Below, one piece after another: positions 18,203-27,101 of a stretch of 64,000 bases of DNA; position 1 is the stretch's first letter; each line of letters opens with the position of its first letter. The translations under genes were made by a program, and so were the position numbers. Source of the DNA: an uncultured Candidatus Poseidoniales archaeon. Its GTDB lineage: Archaea; Thermoplasmatota; Poseidoniia; Poseidoniales; Poseidoniaceae. The DNA is taken from the NCBI GenBank assembly GCA_902605365.1, contig CACLCM010000003.1, forward strand, positions 13,040 through 77,039, given 5' to 3'. The notes beneath the pieces are model-generated. The model did no database searches, was not told where the DNA came from, and was given only the letters and a program-made list of their open reading frames with translations.

Positions 18203-19214
18203 TTGGTGTACTCTTCCCACCTCGATGGGTAACTTTCGAATGTATGATACAGGTGACGAAGATGTTCGACTCATCAGTATGGGGGATGTGAATGCTTTAG
18301 GAGAACTGCCGCTTTTACGTATCCATTCATCCTGTTTGGCATCTGAAGTATTCGGAGCAAACGATTGTGATTGTGCAGATCAACTTCGTGAATCAATGAA
18401 ACTGATAGCAATTGAAGGAGAAGGGGTAATCATCCACCTTCATCAAGAAGGGAGGGGGCAGGGTCTTTCGAAGAAAATCCGTGCAGTTCGACTCATGGAA
18501 TCAGATGATTTGGATACAGTCGAAGCGTTTGAACACCTTGACCTTGAACAAGATAATAGGGACTATGATTCTGCGATTGAGATTCTTAAATCTCTTGGTG
18601 TTATTTCAGTGCGCTTAATTTCAAACAACCCTCGAAAGCGAGAATTTCTACAAATGAATGACATTGAGGTTTTATCTGTAAATACCCATCCAAACATCCG
18701 CCCAGAAAATGAAGCATATCTGCAAACTAAGAATCAAAAACTTGGCCACCAGCTGCCACTGAAAAAAGTACTCTTTGGTGGTGACGAAATCCGATTCTAT
18801 CACTCAGACCAACCTTGGGGGGAGTTCTCGAATTTCTCTAAACACAGCATTTACATTGATGGAATAAATTGGCTGACGGCTGAACATTATTACCAAGCCC
18901 AAAAATTCATTGAACCAGAGTTGAAAGAGAAGATTCGTTTGACAGAAACTCCGACTCTGGCAAAAGTTACTGCTACAGAGATGAAAAATCTACGGCGAAC
19001 AGATTGGGCAGAAATAAAGGAAGATGTCATGCTGAAGGCCCTCAGAAGGAAATTTAGGCAACATCCCGAACTCGCTAAACTTCTTCTTAGCACCGTCCAG
19101 AAACGTCTTGTTGAGTCCACCTCGAATGATACTTTCTGGGGTGAATCTCTCGATGGTATTGGCCAGAATATGCTTGGTGAATTACTCATGTTGGTCCGAA
19201 CCGAATTGGAATAA
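18186..19214 (+). CDS. ribA: GTP cyclohydrolase II (RibA) fused to a NADAR/YbiA (COG3236, DUF1768) domain
   Basis: RibA: LRIHSSCLASEVFGANDCDCADQL (zinc Cys triad), HQEGRGQGL, DTVEAFEHL, NNPRK. NADAR: FYHSDQPWGEFSNFS, LTAEHYYQAQKF, TFWGES..GQNMLGELLM. The ATG at 18186 overlaps the GT2 stop. Confidence 0.8.
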   Translation: MLELNNWCTLPTSMGNFRMYDTGDEDVRLISMGDVNALGELPLLRIHSSCLASEVFGANDCDCADQLRESMKLIAIEGEGVIIHLHQEGRGQGLSKKIRAVRLMESDDLDTVEAFEHLDLEQDNRDYDSAIEILKSLGVISVRLISNNPRKREFLQMNDIEVLSVNTHPNIRPENEAYLQTKNQKLGHQLPLKKVLFGGDEIRFYHSDQPWGEFSNFSKHSIYIDGINWLTAEHYYQAQKFIEPELKEKIRLTETPTLAKVTATEMKNLRRTDWAEIKEDVMLKALRRKFRQHPELAKLLLSTVQKRLVESTSNDTFWGESLDGIGQNMLGELLMLVRTELE

Positions 19215-19228
19215 AAAAGGTGATTGTG

Positions 19229-20662
19229 GTGTGTGGTATTCTCTTCATGTTTGGCCCAGGGTCGCACGAAGAGGTTCAGAAACTCCTTCCTCGCTTGATA
19301 CACCGCGGTCCTGATGAACAACGAATTATAGAAACTGATGAGATGGCTTTGGGATTTACTCGCCTTGCAATTAACGGATGCGGCGAGGTTGGTGCCCAAC
19401 CTATGGAGCATCAAGGAATGATCGGAGCATTCAATGGTGAGGTCTACAATCATCGTGATATATCTGAAAAATATGCCCTCCCGTTATCTCTAAGCGACAC
19501 TGATGTCATGCTACCACTGTTCATGAAACTCAACGAAGGAATACTTGATGCCCTCGATGGTTTTTTTTCCGGCGTAATCTTTGACTCATCAACTTCAAAA
19601 ATTTGGACTATCAGAGACCATATTGGAAAAAAACCCCTCTTCGTTGGCCGGTCAGGGACGAAGGTTTTCATTACCAGTGAACTCAAAGCCATTGACAATG
19701 TAGACCACTTTTCTGCTCTACCTCTTGGTTTGTCCTCAGTTAATGCAGTAAGTGGCGAAGTAAAAGTGATACGCCAACATCAATCATATCAAACAAATTA
19801 TCCCCTAACCAATATTTTTCGAGATGCGGTCATCAAACGCCTTCCGGCACCTAATCAACCGGTTGCAGTCTTCCTTAGCGGAGGCCTCGACAGTTCTCTC
19901 GTCGCAGCAGTAGTTGCTGAGCATCGACCAGATGCAACTTATTTTACACTCGGTGGTGGAGACGACCATAATGCTGTTCAGGATGTCGTGAAAGCCTTGG
20001 GTCTAAAGGATTTAAGATATATCGACTTGCCAAAACCAGTGGAAATTCCAAAACTCATCCAAAAAGTAGTAAAAATTACTGAGAGTTTCAACCCATCAAT
20101 AATCAGCAATGGACTTGGCACTTTTTTGCTTTCAAAAGCAGTTCATCAGGCTGGAATTAAAGTGGTTCTTGGCGGCGAAGGCGCCGATGAACTCTTTGGT
20201 GGTTATCACAAATATTCAAGCTCTAATTCAAACTGGAAAGAAATCCGCAACCAACTCATAAGAGATATGCCCAACACAGAATTACGCAGACTCGACCTCG
20301 CATCAATGGCGAATAGCATCGAAGTACGTTGTCCTTTCCTTGACCAAGAAATCCGAAACTTTTCTGATCACCTTGATTTTGACGATTTATATCAAGGGGA
20401 AGTCAACAAATTCATTCTTCGAGATTCTTTTCAGGGCTTATTGCCGGAGAGCATACTCCAACGACAAAAGACATCCTTAGATGTAGGGAGTGGGATTAGA
20501 AGCATGGTGGTGGAGTATCTAACAAACAATGGTCAAACTGAGCGCCAAGGCCTCAAAGACATTTGGAATGAGCACTTTGAAATGGATGACTCGGATTTGT
20601 ATTTTTCCTCCTATCCAGTCTTTGACGTCCTGATAAACAAACGTGGGAAGGTGCACAGATGA
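19229..20662 (+). CDS. Asparagine synthase-like glutamine amidotransferase (AsnB family)
   Basis: A GTG at 19229 gives the M-CGILF Ntn-Cys N-terminus. PP-loop FLSGGLDSS. The ORF-track start at 19220 would bury the nucleophile Cys. Confidence 0.85.
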   Translation: MCGILFMFGPGSHEEVQKLLPRLIHRGPDEQRIIETDEMALGFTRLAINGCGEVGAQPMEHQGMIGAFNGEVYNHRDISEKYALPLSLSDTDVMLPLFMKLNEGILDALDGFFSGVIFDSSTSKIWTIRDHIGKKPLFVGRSGTKVFITSELKAIDNVDHFSALPLGLSSVNAVSGEVKVIRQHQSYQTNYPLTNIFRDAVIKRLPAPNQPVAVFLSGGLDSSLVAAVVAEHRPDATYFTLGGGDDHNAVQDVVKALGLKDLRYIDLPKPVEIPKLIQKVVKITESFNPSIISNGLGTFLLSKAVHQAGIKVVLGGEGADELFGGYHKYSSSNSNWKEIRNQLIRDMPNTELRRLDLASMANSIEVRCPFLDQEIRNFSDHLDFDDLYQGEVNKFILRDSFQGLLPESILQRQKTSLDVGSGIRSMVVEYLTNNGQTERQGLKDIWNEHFEMDDSDLYFSSYPVFDVLINKRGKVHR

Positions 20663-21327
20663 GAGACTTGGACGGGGTACTCGATTTAATGGAACAGAAG
20701 TTCCACGAGGAACCATTCCACACCTTACAGATGTTGTACGGTGAATCCATAGGGCGACAGGTGCCGGGAGGAACCTGCTCAGACAAGACCCTATCATTCA
20801 TCTATGAAGCACGGGAAAGAGGATTTGATGCAAAACTTCACACTGCGTTTATCGGCGGAAAAGAAATTCATCGGTTAGCTCGCCTGAATATTAATGGGAG
20901 AGTTTTTTTCGCTGATGTCGGGAATGGGTGGCCATCAGTTCACCCCTATCCCGCTGATGAACCAATTACACATTCTTGCTTTGGTATGACGTTCCGAACA
21001 GAGATCAGTGACAGTATGCTTTCGGTATATCACCGCACTGAAGACGAGGAAAAACTGCAAATGGAAATTAGCCTTGCATCACGTCCGGAAGAAGAGATTC
21101 TTGCTGAAATCGAAGAACGATTTTCACCAAATATCACGTACCCGTTCGACAATAGAATGAGATTTTCTGCAATTGTGGATGATGAATTCCGATTTTTACG
21201 CGACAATACACTCTTCATCTACAGAGAGGAGAGCAGTGTAAAGCGAATTTATGTAGATGAGGATCAATGGCCAAATACTCTACTAGAATATTTTAGATGG
21301 GATGTAAAATTAATGGAGAACTCATAA
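20659..21327 (+). CDS. Arylamine N-acetyltransferase (NAT)-like protein
   Basis: PGGTCSDKTLSF (Cys), HRLARLNINGRVFFADVGNG (His..Asp) spaced like the NAT Cys-His-Asp triad. ATGA overlap with the upstream gene. Confidence 0.5.
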   Translation: MRDLDGVLDLMEQKFHEEPFHTLQMLYGESIGRQVPGGTCSDKTLSFIYEARERGFDAKLHTAFIGGKEIHRLARLNINGRVFFADVGNGWPSVHPYPADEPITHSCFGMTFRTEISDSMLSVYHRTEDEEKLQMEISLASRPEEEILAEIEERFSPNITYPFDNRMRFSAIVDDEFRFLRDNTLFIYREESSVKRIYVDEDQWPNTLLEYFRWDVKLMENS

Positions 21328-22334
21328 TGCCCACCAAAACTCTCGTTACCGGCGCCGCAGGGTTCATTGGGTTCCACACTGTTTTACGCCTTCTAAAACG
21401 TGGGGAGAATGTTGTTGGTATTGACAATATGAATGCATATTACGATACAAAGTTGAAAGAGGATCGTCTTGCGATTCTTGAGGGGAAAAACAATTTTACA
21501 TTTTATCGCATCTCGATTGAGGAACATGCAGAAGTTGTCAAAGTATTCGAAAAGGAGGATTTTGTTCGAGTGATTCACTTAGCAGCACAGGTGGGGGTTC
21601 GTTCACCTCCAAGCGAATTCTATCGTTATGTAAGTAGTAACCTTTTGGGCTTTAGCAACATATTAGATTCCTGCCGTGTTCATAGAATTCAGCATCTAGT
21701 TTACGCATCTTCCAGTTCTGTGTATGGGAACATGGCTGTGCCTCCCTTCAAAGTCAAAGATAACGCTAATCACCCTCAAAATCTCTACGCAGCAACCAAA
21801 AGGTCGAATGAATTGATGGCCTACAGTTACAGCTACCAATACCAACTCCCAACAACTGGACTACGCTTCTTCACAGTCTATGGCCCGTGGGGAAGGCCTG
21901 ACATGGCAGTTTACAGTTTCACAGATAAAATTGTGTCAGGTCAAGCCATCGATGTTTATGGAGATGGAGAAATTACTAGAGATTTCACGTATGTCGATGA
22001 CATTGTTGATGCAATTATTAAGATAGTCGGAAAGCCACCAGAGTCTCAAATTGGTGAATCAGGAAGTATGGCTACAAAAGCACCATCTCAAATATTCAAT
22101 ATTGGAAGCGGAAGACCTGTTAGTGTAAATCAGCTCGTGAGTCTACTTGAGGAGACACTGGGTAAAAGAGCAGTGATTCAGTTTAAACCTCAACCTGTTG
22201 AAGATATGCCGATTACACATGCTGATATCCGAGATTTGGAAGACATTATCGGGACTCTTCAAACTACTCAACTCCATGATGGAATTAATCAATTCATTAT
22301 ATGGTATAGGTCATACCACCATATTGATTCATGA
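21327..22334 (+). CDS. NAD-dependent nucleotide-sugar epimerase (UDP-glucuronate 4-epimerase-like SDR)
   Basis: VTGAAGFIGFH Rossmann motif and YAATKRSNE (YxxxK). TAATG overlap with the upstream gene. Confidence 0.85.
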   Translation: MPTKTLVTGAAGFIGFHTVLRLLKRGENVVGIDNMNAYYDTKLKEDRLAILEGKNNFTFYRISIEEHAEVVKVFEKEDFVRVIHLAAQVGVRSPPSEFYRYVSSNLLGFSNILDSCRVHRIQHLVYASSSSVYGNMAVPPFKVKDNANHPQNLYAATKRSNELMAYSYSYQYQLPTTGLRFFTVYGPWGRPDMAVYSFTDKIVSGQAIDVYGDGEITRDFTYVDDIVDAIIKIVGKPPESQIGESGSMATKAPSQIFNIGSGRPVSVNQLVSLLEETLGKRAVIQFKPQPVEDMPITHADIRDLEDIIGTLQTTQLHDGINQFIIWYRSYHHIDS

Positions 22335-22412
22335 TTCAACATGAGTTGAATGGCTCGTTTCTATCCTCCCATATTTCCAAAACGGTTGGAGTAAGGTGGC
22401 TGTAATGACACT

Positions 22413-22460
22413 CTGTATGCCCTCTGTACATACAGTCCACGCGTCGGTACCCTTGTGTAT
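22413..22460. repeat. Intergenic inverted repeat CTGTATG..CATACAG plus a GGTACCCTTGTGTATG motif
   Basis: CTGTATGCCCTCTGTACATACAG read directly. The CCCTTGT(G)TATG string recurs at 26981-26990. Confidence 0.45.
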
Positions 22461-22565
22461 GGCGCATAGAAAGTCGATGTATATGATTGAAAGGAATCAG
22501 AGGGGGTTATGGGTCACCCTTTAAGCCCTGGGCATCTTTATTTCCTACTCATGGTTGGAATTAAC

Positions 22566-24515
22566 ATGGACAAATTGATTTCTCTTTTACTTTGTATTTT
22601 GCTGACCACATTTTCTCTTGCAGGATGTCTTGGAGATAGTGACAATGAAACATCAAACAGAGATGATGGTTTATCCGAAGATATCGAACCAGCGGCAATA
22701 GATACCGATGCCGATGGATTAGGAGATGAAGAGGAAGAGCGACGGTACGGAACAGATCCCCTACACCCAGATACAGATAGAGATGGAGTGGAAGATGGCT
22801 GGGAGGTAAATTTCGGATATGATCCCTTGAATGGAAGTGATGGAGCTCCTCGTGCATTATGCGAATGGTATGACGGAAATGAAACATCGAATCCTGGAAT
22901 AGAGGCCTTCTGCAATTCAACCGAGGATGATCAAGACCATGGAGACGAAGAAGGAGAGATTACAGAAGAAGTAAGAAACTACACAATACCTACGATTTGG
23001 GAGGTTGTAGATTTGAACAATACAACATTCACAAATGGTGCGATTGAGAATGCCAAATGTGGCTTGATTTTCGCATGGCCTGCATGGGATTCGGCTGCTA
23101 ATGGATATATTGAAACTTTGAGAAATTCAATCTTAGAGAACCGAGAAGGTGAAATGATTCATGTTTGGTCGTCAATTTACGAGGATTCTGCACAAGAAGT
23201 AATTATCTCTAATATTCACAACTTTTTGTTCGCAGATGACAAGGCGACTAATCATACAACTCCATACAAAATATTAGTTGAAAATGGTAGCATGGTTAGG
23301 TTAGTTCATCATTCATACAATAACCAAACTGGATGCGAGGGAGAGTCAAATATTGGGTTGAACTCAATACTTCAACTTGATGAACCAACACCGCTCTGCG
23401 GAGATGCTATGGTTGACGGGAATTTAGGTGAAAGTTGTGATGATGGCAATACAGAAGATGGCGATGGATGCTCTTCAACATGTCAAATAGAACCTCAACC
23501 CACATGCGGGGATGGAGTTATCGATGAAAACGAACAATGTGATGATGGCAATACAGAAAATGGCGATGGATGTGATTCTGATTGCGACCAAGAAGACCCT
23601 TGTGCTAATATTGAATGTGGTGAAGGCTTGACGTGTGATGAAGGAAACTGTATTCCACAATATTTCCAACCTGAAAACAGAGATGATTTAAAAATTGCAG
23701 TAGATCAGTGGATCACTAATTCAACTGCAGCAAACTCAACTTATGGAAATATCAGTACTTGGGATACATCATTGATTACAGATATGTCTGAATTATTTTA
23801 CTATAACGAGACATTTAACGATGATATTTCACAATGGGATGTTTCGAGTGTAACGACCACGGAAAAAATGTTCAAATTTGCCCAAGGCTTCAATCAGGAT
23901 CTCTCAGGGTGGGATGTTTCAAATGTGGTTTACATGAATGAAATGTTTTACTACGCTACCGATTTTAATCAAGATATTGGATATTGGGATGTTTCAAGTG
24001 TAACTGATATGGAAGGAATGTTCTTTGCCGCTATCGACTTTAATCAAGACTTAGTGAGTTGGGATGTCTCTAAAGTAACAGATACCAACGGAATGTTTCA
24101 CTCCGCAACCAGTTTTAACGGCGATATTTCACAATGGGACATTTCGAGTGTGACTAAACTTAATTCAATGTTTTATGCTGCTTCCAGTTTCAACCAAGAT
24201 ATTTCAGGATGGGATGTTTCAGGTGTAAATGATTGGTACGGTATGAATTCAATGTTCTATGGTGCTGAAAGCTTTAACCAAGATATTTCACAATGGGATG
24301 TTTCAAATGTGAATAATATGTATGGAATGTTTTACAACGCCAAGAGTTTCAACCAAGACATTTCAAGTTGGAATGTATCAGGATCGACTAATTTGAATGC
24401 CATGTTTGAGGGTGCAGATGACTTATCTGACGAAAATAAATGTGTAATTCATAACTCTTTCAGTTCAAGTGACTATTGGAACTATGATTGGGCTGAATAC
24501 TGTAGTGATGACTGA
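22566..24515 (+). CDS. Secreted lipoprotein with Cys-rich repeats and DUF285-type 26-residue surface repeats
   Basis: Signal plus lipobox FSLAGCLGD (ATG 22566). Two CGDG..CDDGNTE(D/N)GDGC repeats. About 8 repeats of FNQDIS.WDVS.V..M..MF. Confidence 0.8.
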   Translation: MDKLISLLLCILLTTFSLAGCLGDSDNETSNRDDGLSEDIEPAAIDTDADGLGDEEEERRYGTDPLHPDTDRDGVEDGWEVNFGYDPLNGSDGAPRALCEWYDGNETSNPGIEAFCNSTEDDQDHGDEEGEITEEVRNYTIPTIWEVVDLNNTTFTNGAIENAKCGLIFAWPAWDSAANGYIETLRNSILENREGEMIHVWSSIYEDSAQEVIISNIHNFLFADDKATNHTTPYKILVENGSMVRLVHHSYNNQTGCEGESNIGLNSILQLDEPTPLCGDAMVDGNLGESCDDGNTEDGDGCSSTCQIEPQPTCGDGVIDENEQCDDGNTENGDGCDSDCDQEDPCANIECGEGLTCDEGNCIPQYFQPENRDDLKIAVDQWITNSTAANSTYGNISTWDTSLITDMSELFYYNETFNDDISQWDVSSVTTTEKMFKFAQGFNQDLSGWDVSNVVYMNEMFYYATDFNQDIGYWDVSSVTDMEGMFFAAIDFNQDLVSWDVSKVTDTNGMFHSATSFNGDISQWDISSVTKLNSMFYAASSFNQDISGWDVSGVNDWYGMNSMFYGAESFNQDISQWDVSNVNNMYGMFYNAKSFNQDISSWNVSGSTNLNAMFEGADDLSDENKCVIHNSFSSSDYWNYDWAEYCSDD

Positions 24516-24560
24516 TGCAAAGGGTACGGTTCAATATGGCCCATAGCAAGCCCATGTGCA
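24516..24560 (+). repeat. Short intergenic repeat copy H (CAAAGGGTAC .. ATGGCCCAT .. GCAAGCCC)
   Basis: Shares the GCAAGCCC and AAAGGGTAC motifs with copies B, D and G. Lies directly after the stop at 24515. Confidence 0.45.
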
Positions 24561-24661
24561 TAGATGAGAAGAATCAAAGGGTGTTATGGAGAATCCCTTG
24601 TATTCAATAGTAAAATGATTATCCGAAACTCAATGCTAATGGACAGTTTGCCGGTTTTAAG

Positions 24662-24669
24662 TATAAATA
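24662..24669 (+). promoter_or_regulatory. TATA-like box (TATAAATA) ~25 nt upstream of the ATG at 24691
   Basis: Motif and spacing read directly. Confidence 0.4.
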
Positions 24670-24690
24670 TCAAATCTTTATGCATCGACT

Positions 24691-26922
24691 ATGAAGCGTA
24701 TTTGTGCGTTAATCATAGCAACAATCTTTTTTGGTGCAGCTTTACTCCCGATGACTCACATCGATAATACCTCGAGATTGGAGGAATCGCTTTCACTCAG
24801 CGCCAACGGTTCACAAACCAATAACGAAAACTTGTATCTTGATTTGACCAGCTGGCATCTTTCTGAAGGAGATTACATTCAGTATTCAAATTATGGCGAT
24901 GACTATTTTCAATTGTTAAACAATAGCGGTCATAGCCCTGAATTAACCTCTTCATTTTTTCATGTAAATGTGCTCGAAGACAAGCCTTGTAACTTCGGAG
25001 GAACCGATGCTCTTTGCCACGTAATCTCACATACAGTTATGGGAAATATCACTTGGTATGAGGTAGGCAATCATCATGGCGGTCACGACGACCATGAAGG
25101 GTATTGTTACGATATGGTAAACCACATTATAACGGAACATGATAATCAAGAAGATTGTGTGAATGATGGCCATATTTGGGTAGAGGATTCAGGAGATGAC
25201 CATGACGATCATGGTGAAGATGAGAGCCGGAATGAAGAAAATGGGGATTATGATGAGATGATTATCGACATGATTGAGTGGAATCAAACAACTCAAATCT
25301 ATCCCGATTTCTCTGCGACGCAAGTAGATTTAACTATGAAATTTAGTTCCTGGACATTTGATTTGGATACTGGAGATTTATTGTATGAATCGATTGATTG
25401 GGAAAATGAAACACACTTGAGTACTTTTACTGGAATTCCCGAAAATATTACTGTTGGTTCACAATGGTTTGAAGAAATTGAATCTACTATTTCCGTTAGT
25501 TACCAAGATAGCCATGACCATAGTAATTCAGCTACTTGGCAACAATTGGACAATATCTCATACATTGTGACAGAGGAGTTGGAAATTGAACTGCCTTCTA
25601 ATTTGGCAACAACCTCAGGAAAAAATGTGTCAATGAGTATGCTTGCAATTGAAATGGATGATGGTGAAAACATTGTAAATCAGGTTGCTAACGACTTTTT
25701 CAAATACAAATATTTCAACTTCGAATTAGCTCACAATCAAACTGGTAATCAACAAAATACAACAGGAGTCCAAGATGGTGAACATAACGATGATGACCAC
25801 GAAGATGATGACCACCATAGTCATGTGAATTACTATTCATACACAGACTTAGTAGTCGATTCTTGGTATATTTTAGCATATATTCCAGATGATGATGGAG
25901 ATGGCCTGAATAACTCGGTTGACCAATGCCCAGATGGCCAAATGGATTGGATATCCGGCCCGGGGACAGATTTTGACGGTGATGGCTGCAGAGATATTGA
26001 CGAGGATGACGATGACGATAATGACGGTTTTTTGGACACTCGGGAAAATGAATGTCTATCCAATCCCCTAAATTCAACATCTATACCTCTAGATAATGAT
26101 GGAACAGGTGAATGCGATGCATTAGACGATGATGATGATGACGATGGTGCGCTCGATGTCGATGATGCGTTTCCGTTTGATTCATCAGAAAGCAAGGACA
26201 ATGATGCTGACGGTATAGGAGACAATGCAGATTTTGATGACGACAACGACTCTTTTCTCGATTCAGAAGAGACTCGATGTAATAGCGACGCATATAATGC
26301 TCTATCAGTTCCAAATGACCTAGACCAAGATTTGTTATGTGATATTTTAGACTCTGACGACGATGGAGATAGTTATTCAGATGCCTTTGAAGATGAATGT
26401 GAATCAGATAGTATGAACGCTACTTCTATACCTGAAGACACAGATAATGATGGAAATTGCAACTTACTGGATAATGATGATGATAATGATGGGTGGCTAG
26501 ATATAACTGAAATTAGTTGTCTTAGTGACCACTTGAATTCGCGAAGCACACCCTCTGACTTAGACGAAGATGGTGTATGTGATGAAGTTGACACAGACCT
26601 CGATGGAGATGGAGTAAACAATTCTGAAGATTCATTTCCACTTGACCCCAATAAATCATCAGATAGTGTTGCAGGAGAACAAGATGATTCAAGTGGGATT
26701 ACATACATAGTTGCTGTAGCGGTGATATTTGGATTACTGGTAGTAATCCTCTCATTAAGACGCAGAGGCTCGTCTCAGAGTTATGAAAATGAAATGACTC
26801 AAGTTGAGGTCGAGCAAGAATATGATCGGTTTGTTGACGAAAACGGAACTCACTGGTTGCGTAAATCTGATGGTAACCTTCTGTGGTGGAATGGTTCAGA
26901 ATGGATAGATTATCACCGTTAA
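24691..26922 (+). CDS. Secreted acidic protein with thrombospondin type-3-like Ca-binding repeats, His/Asp-rich tracts and a C-terminal TM anchor
   Basis: N-terminal signal. DxDxDGxxDxxD-type repeats (DDDGDGLNNSVDQCP, DFDGDGCRDIDEDDDDDNDG, DTDNDGNCNLLDNDDDNDG, DTDLDGDGVNNSED). HHGGHDDHEGY and HNDDDHEDDDHHSH tracts. TM segment ITYIVAVAVIFGLLVVILSL. Confidence 0.75.
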   Translation: MKRICALIIATIFFGAALLPMTHIDNTSRLEESLSLSANGSQTNNENLYLDLTSWHLSEGDYIQYSNYGDDYFQLLNNSGHSPELTSSFFHVNVLEDKPCNFGGTDALCHVISHTVMGNITWYEVGNHHGGHDDHEGYCYDMVNHIITEHDNQEDCVNDGHIWVEDSGDDHDDHGEDESRNEENGDYDEMIIDMIEWNQTTQIYPDFSATQVDLTMKFSSWTFDLDTGDLLYESIDWENETHLSTFTGIPENITVGSQWFEEIESTISVSYQDSHDHSNSATWQQLDNISYIVTEELEIELPSNLATTSGKNVSMSMLAIEMDDGENIVNQVANDFFKYKYFNFELAHNQTGNQQNTTGVQDGEHNDDDHEDDDHHSHVNYYSYTDLVVDSWYILAYIPDDDGDGLNNSVDQCPDGQMDWISGPGTDFDGDGCRDIDEDDDDDNDGFLDTRENECLSNPLNSTSIPLDNDGTGECDALDDDDDDDGALDVDDAFPFDSSESKDNDADGIGDNADFDDDNDSFLDSEETRCNSDAYNALSVPNDLDQDLLCDILDSDDDGDSYSDAFEDECESDSMNATSIPEDTDNDGNCNLLDNDDDNDGWLDITEISCLSDHLNSRSTPSDLDEDGVCDEVDTDLDGDGVNNSEDSFPLDPNKSSDSVAGEQDDSSGITYIVAVAVIFGLLVVILSLRRRGSSQSYENEMTQVEVEQEYDRFVDENGTHWLRKSDGNLLWWNGSEWIDYHR

Positions 26923-26968
26923 TCAAATATCGGATAATCAAATTCTTACTCAACATGAAGGCAGCCGT

Positions 26969-27087
26969 ATACAAGGGGACCCTTGTATGCACATACAGAT
27001 ACATGGGTAGCGAGTGATTTGACCCACTGCAAGCCCTCTGATTGGGTCAAAACGAATCAGTGGGATATAGGATAAACCCACTGATTC
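26969..27087 (+). repeat. Intergenic repeat copy D: palindrome ATACAAGGG-GA-CCCTTGTAT, a GGGTAGCG..GACCCACTGCAAGCCC core, and nested CCCACTG/CAGTGGG inverted repeats
   Basis: Read directly. Lies between convergent genes (stops at 26922 and 27102). Confidence 0.75.
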
Positions 27088-27101
27088 ATAGCATAAACTT
27101 C

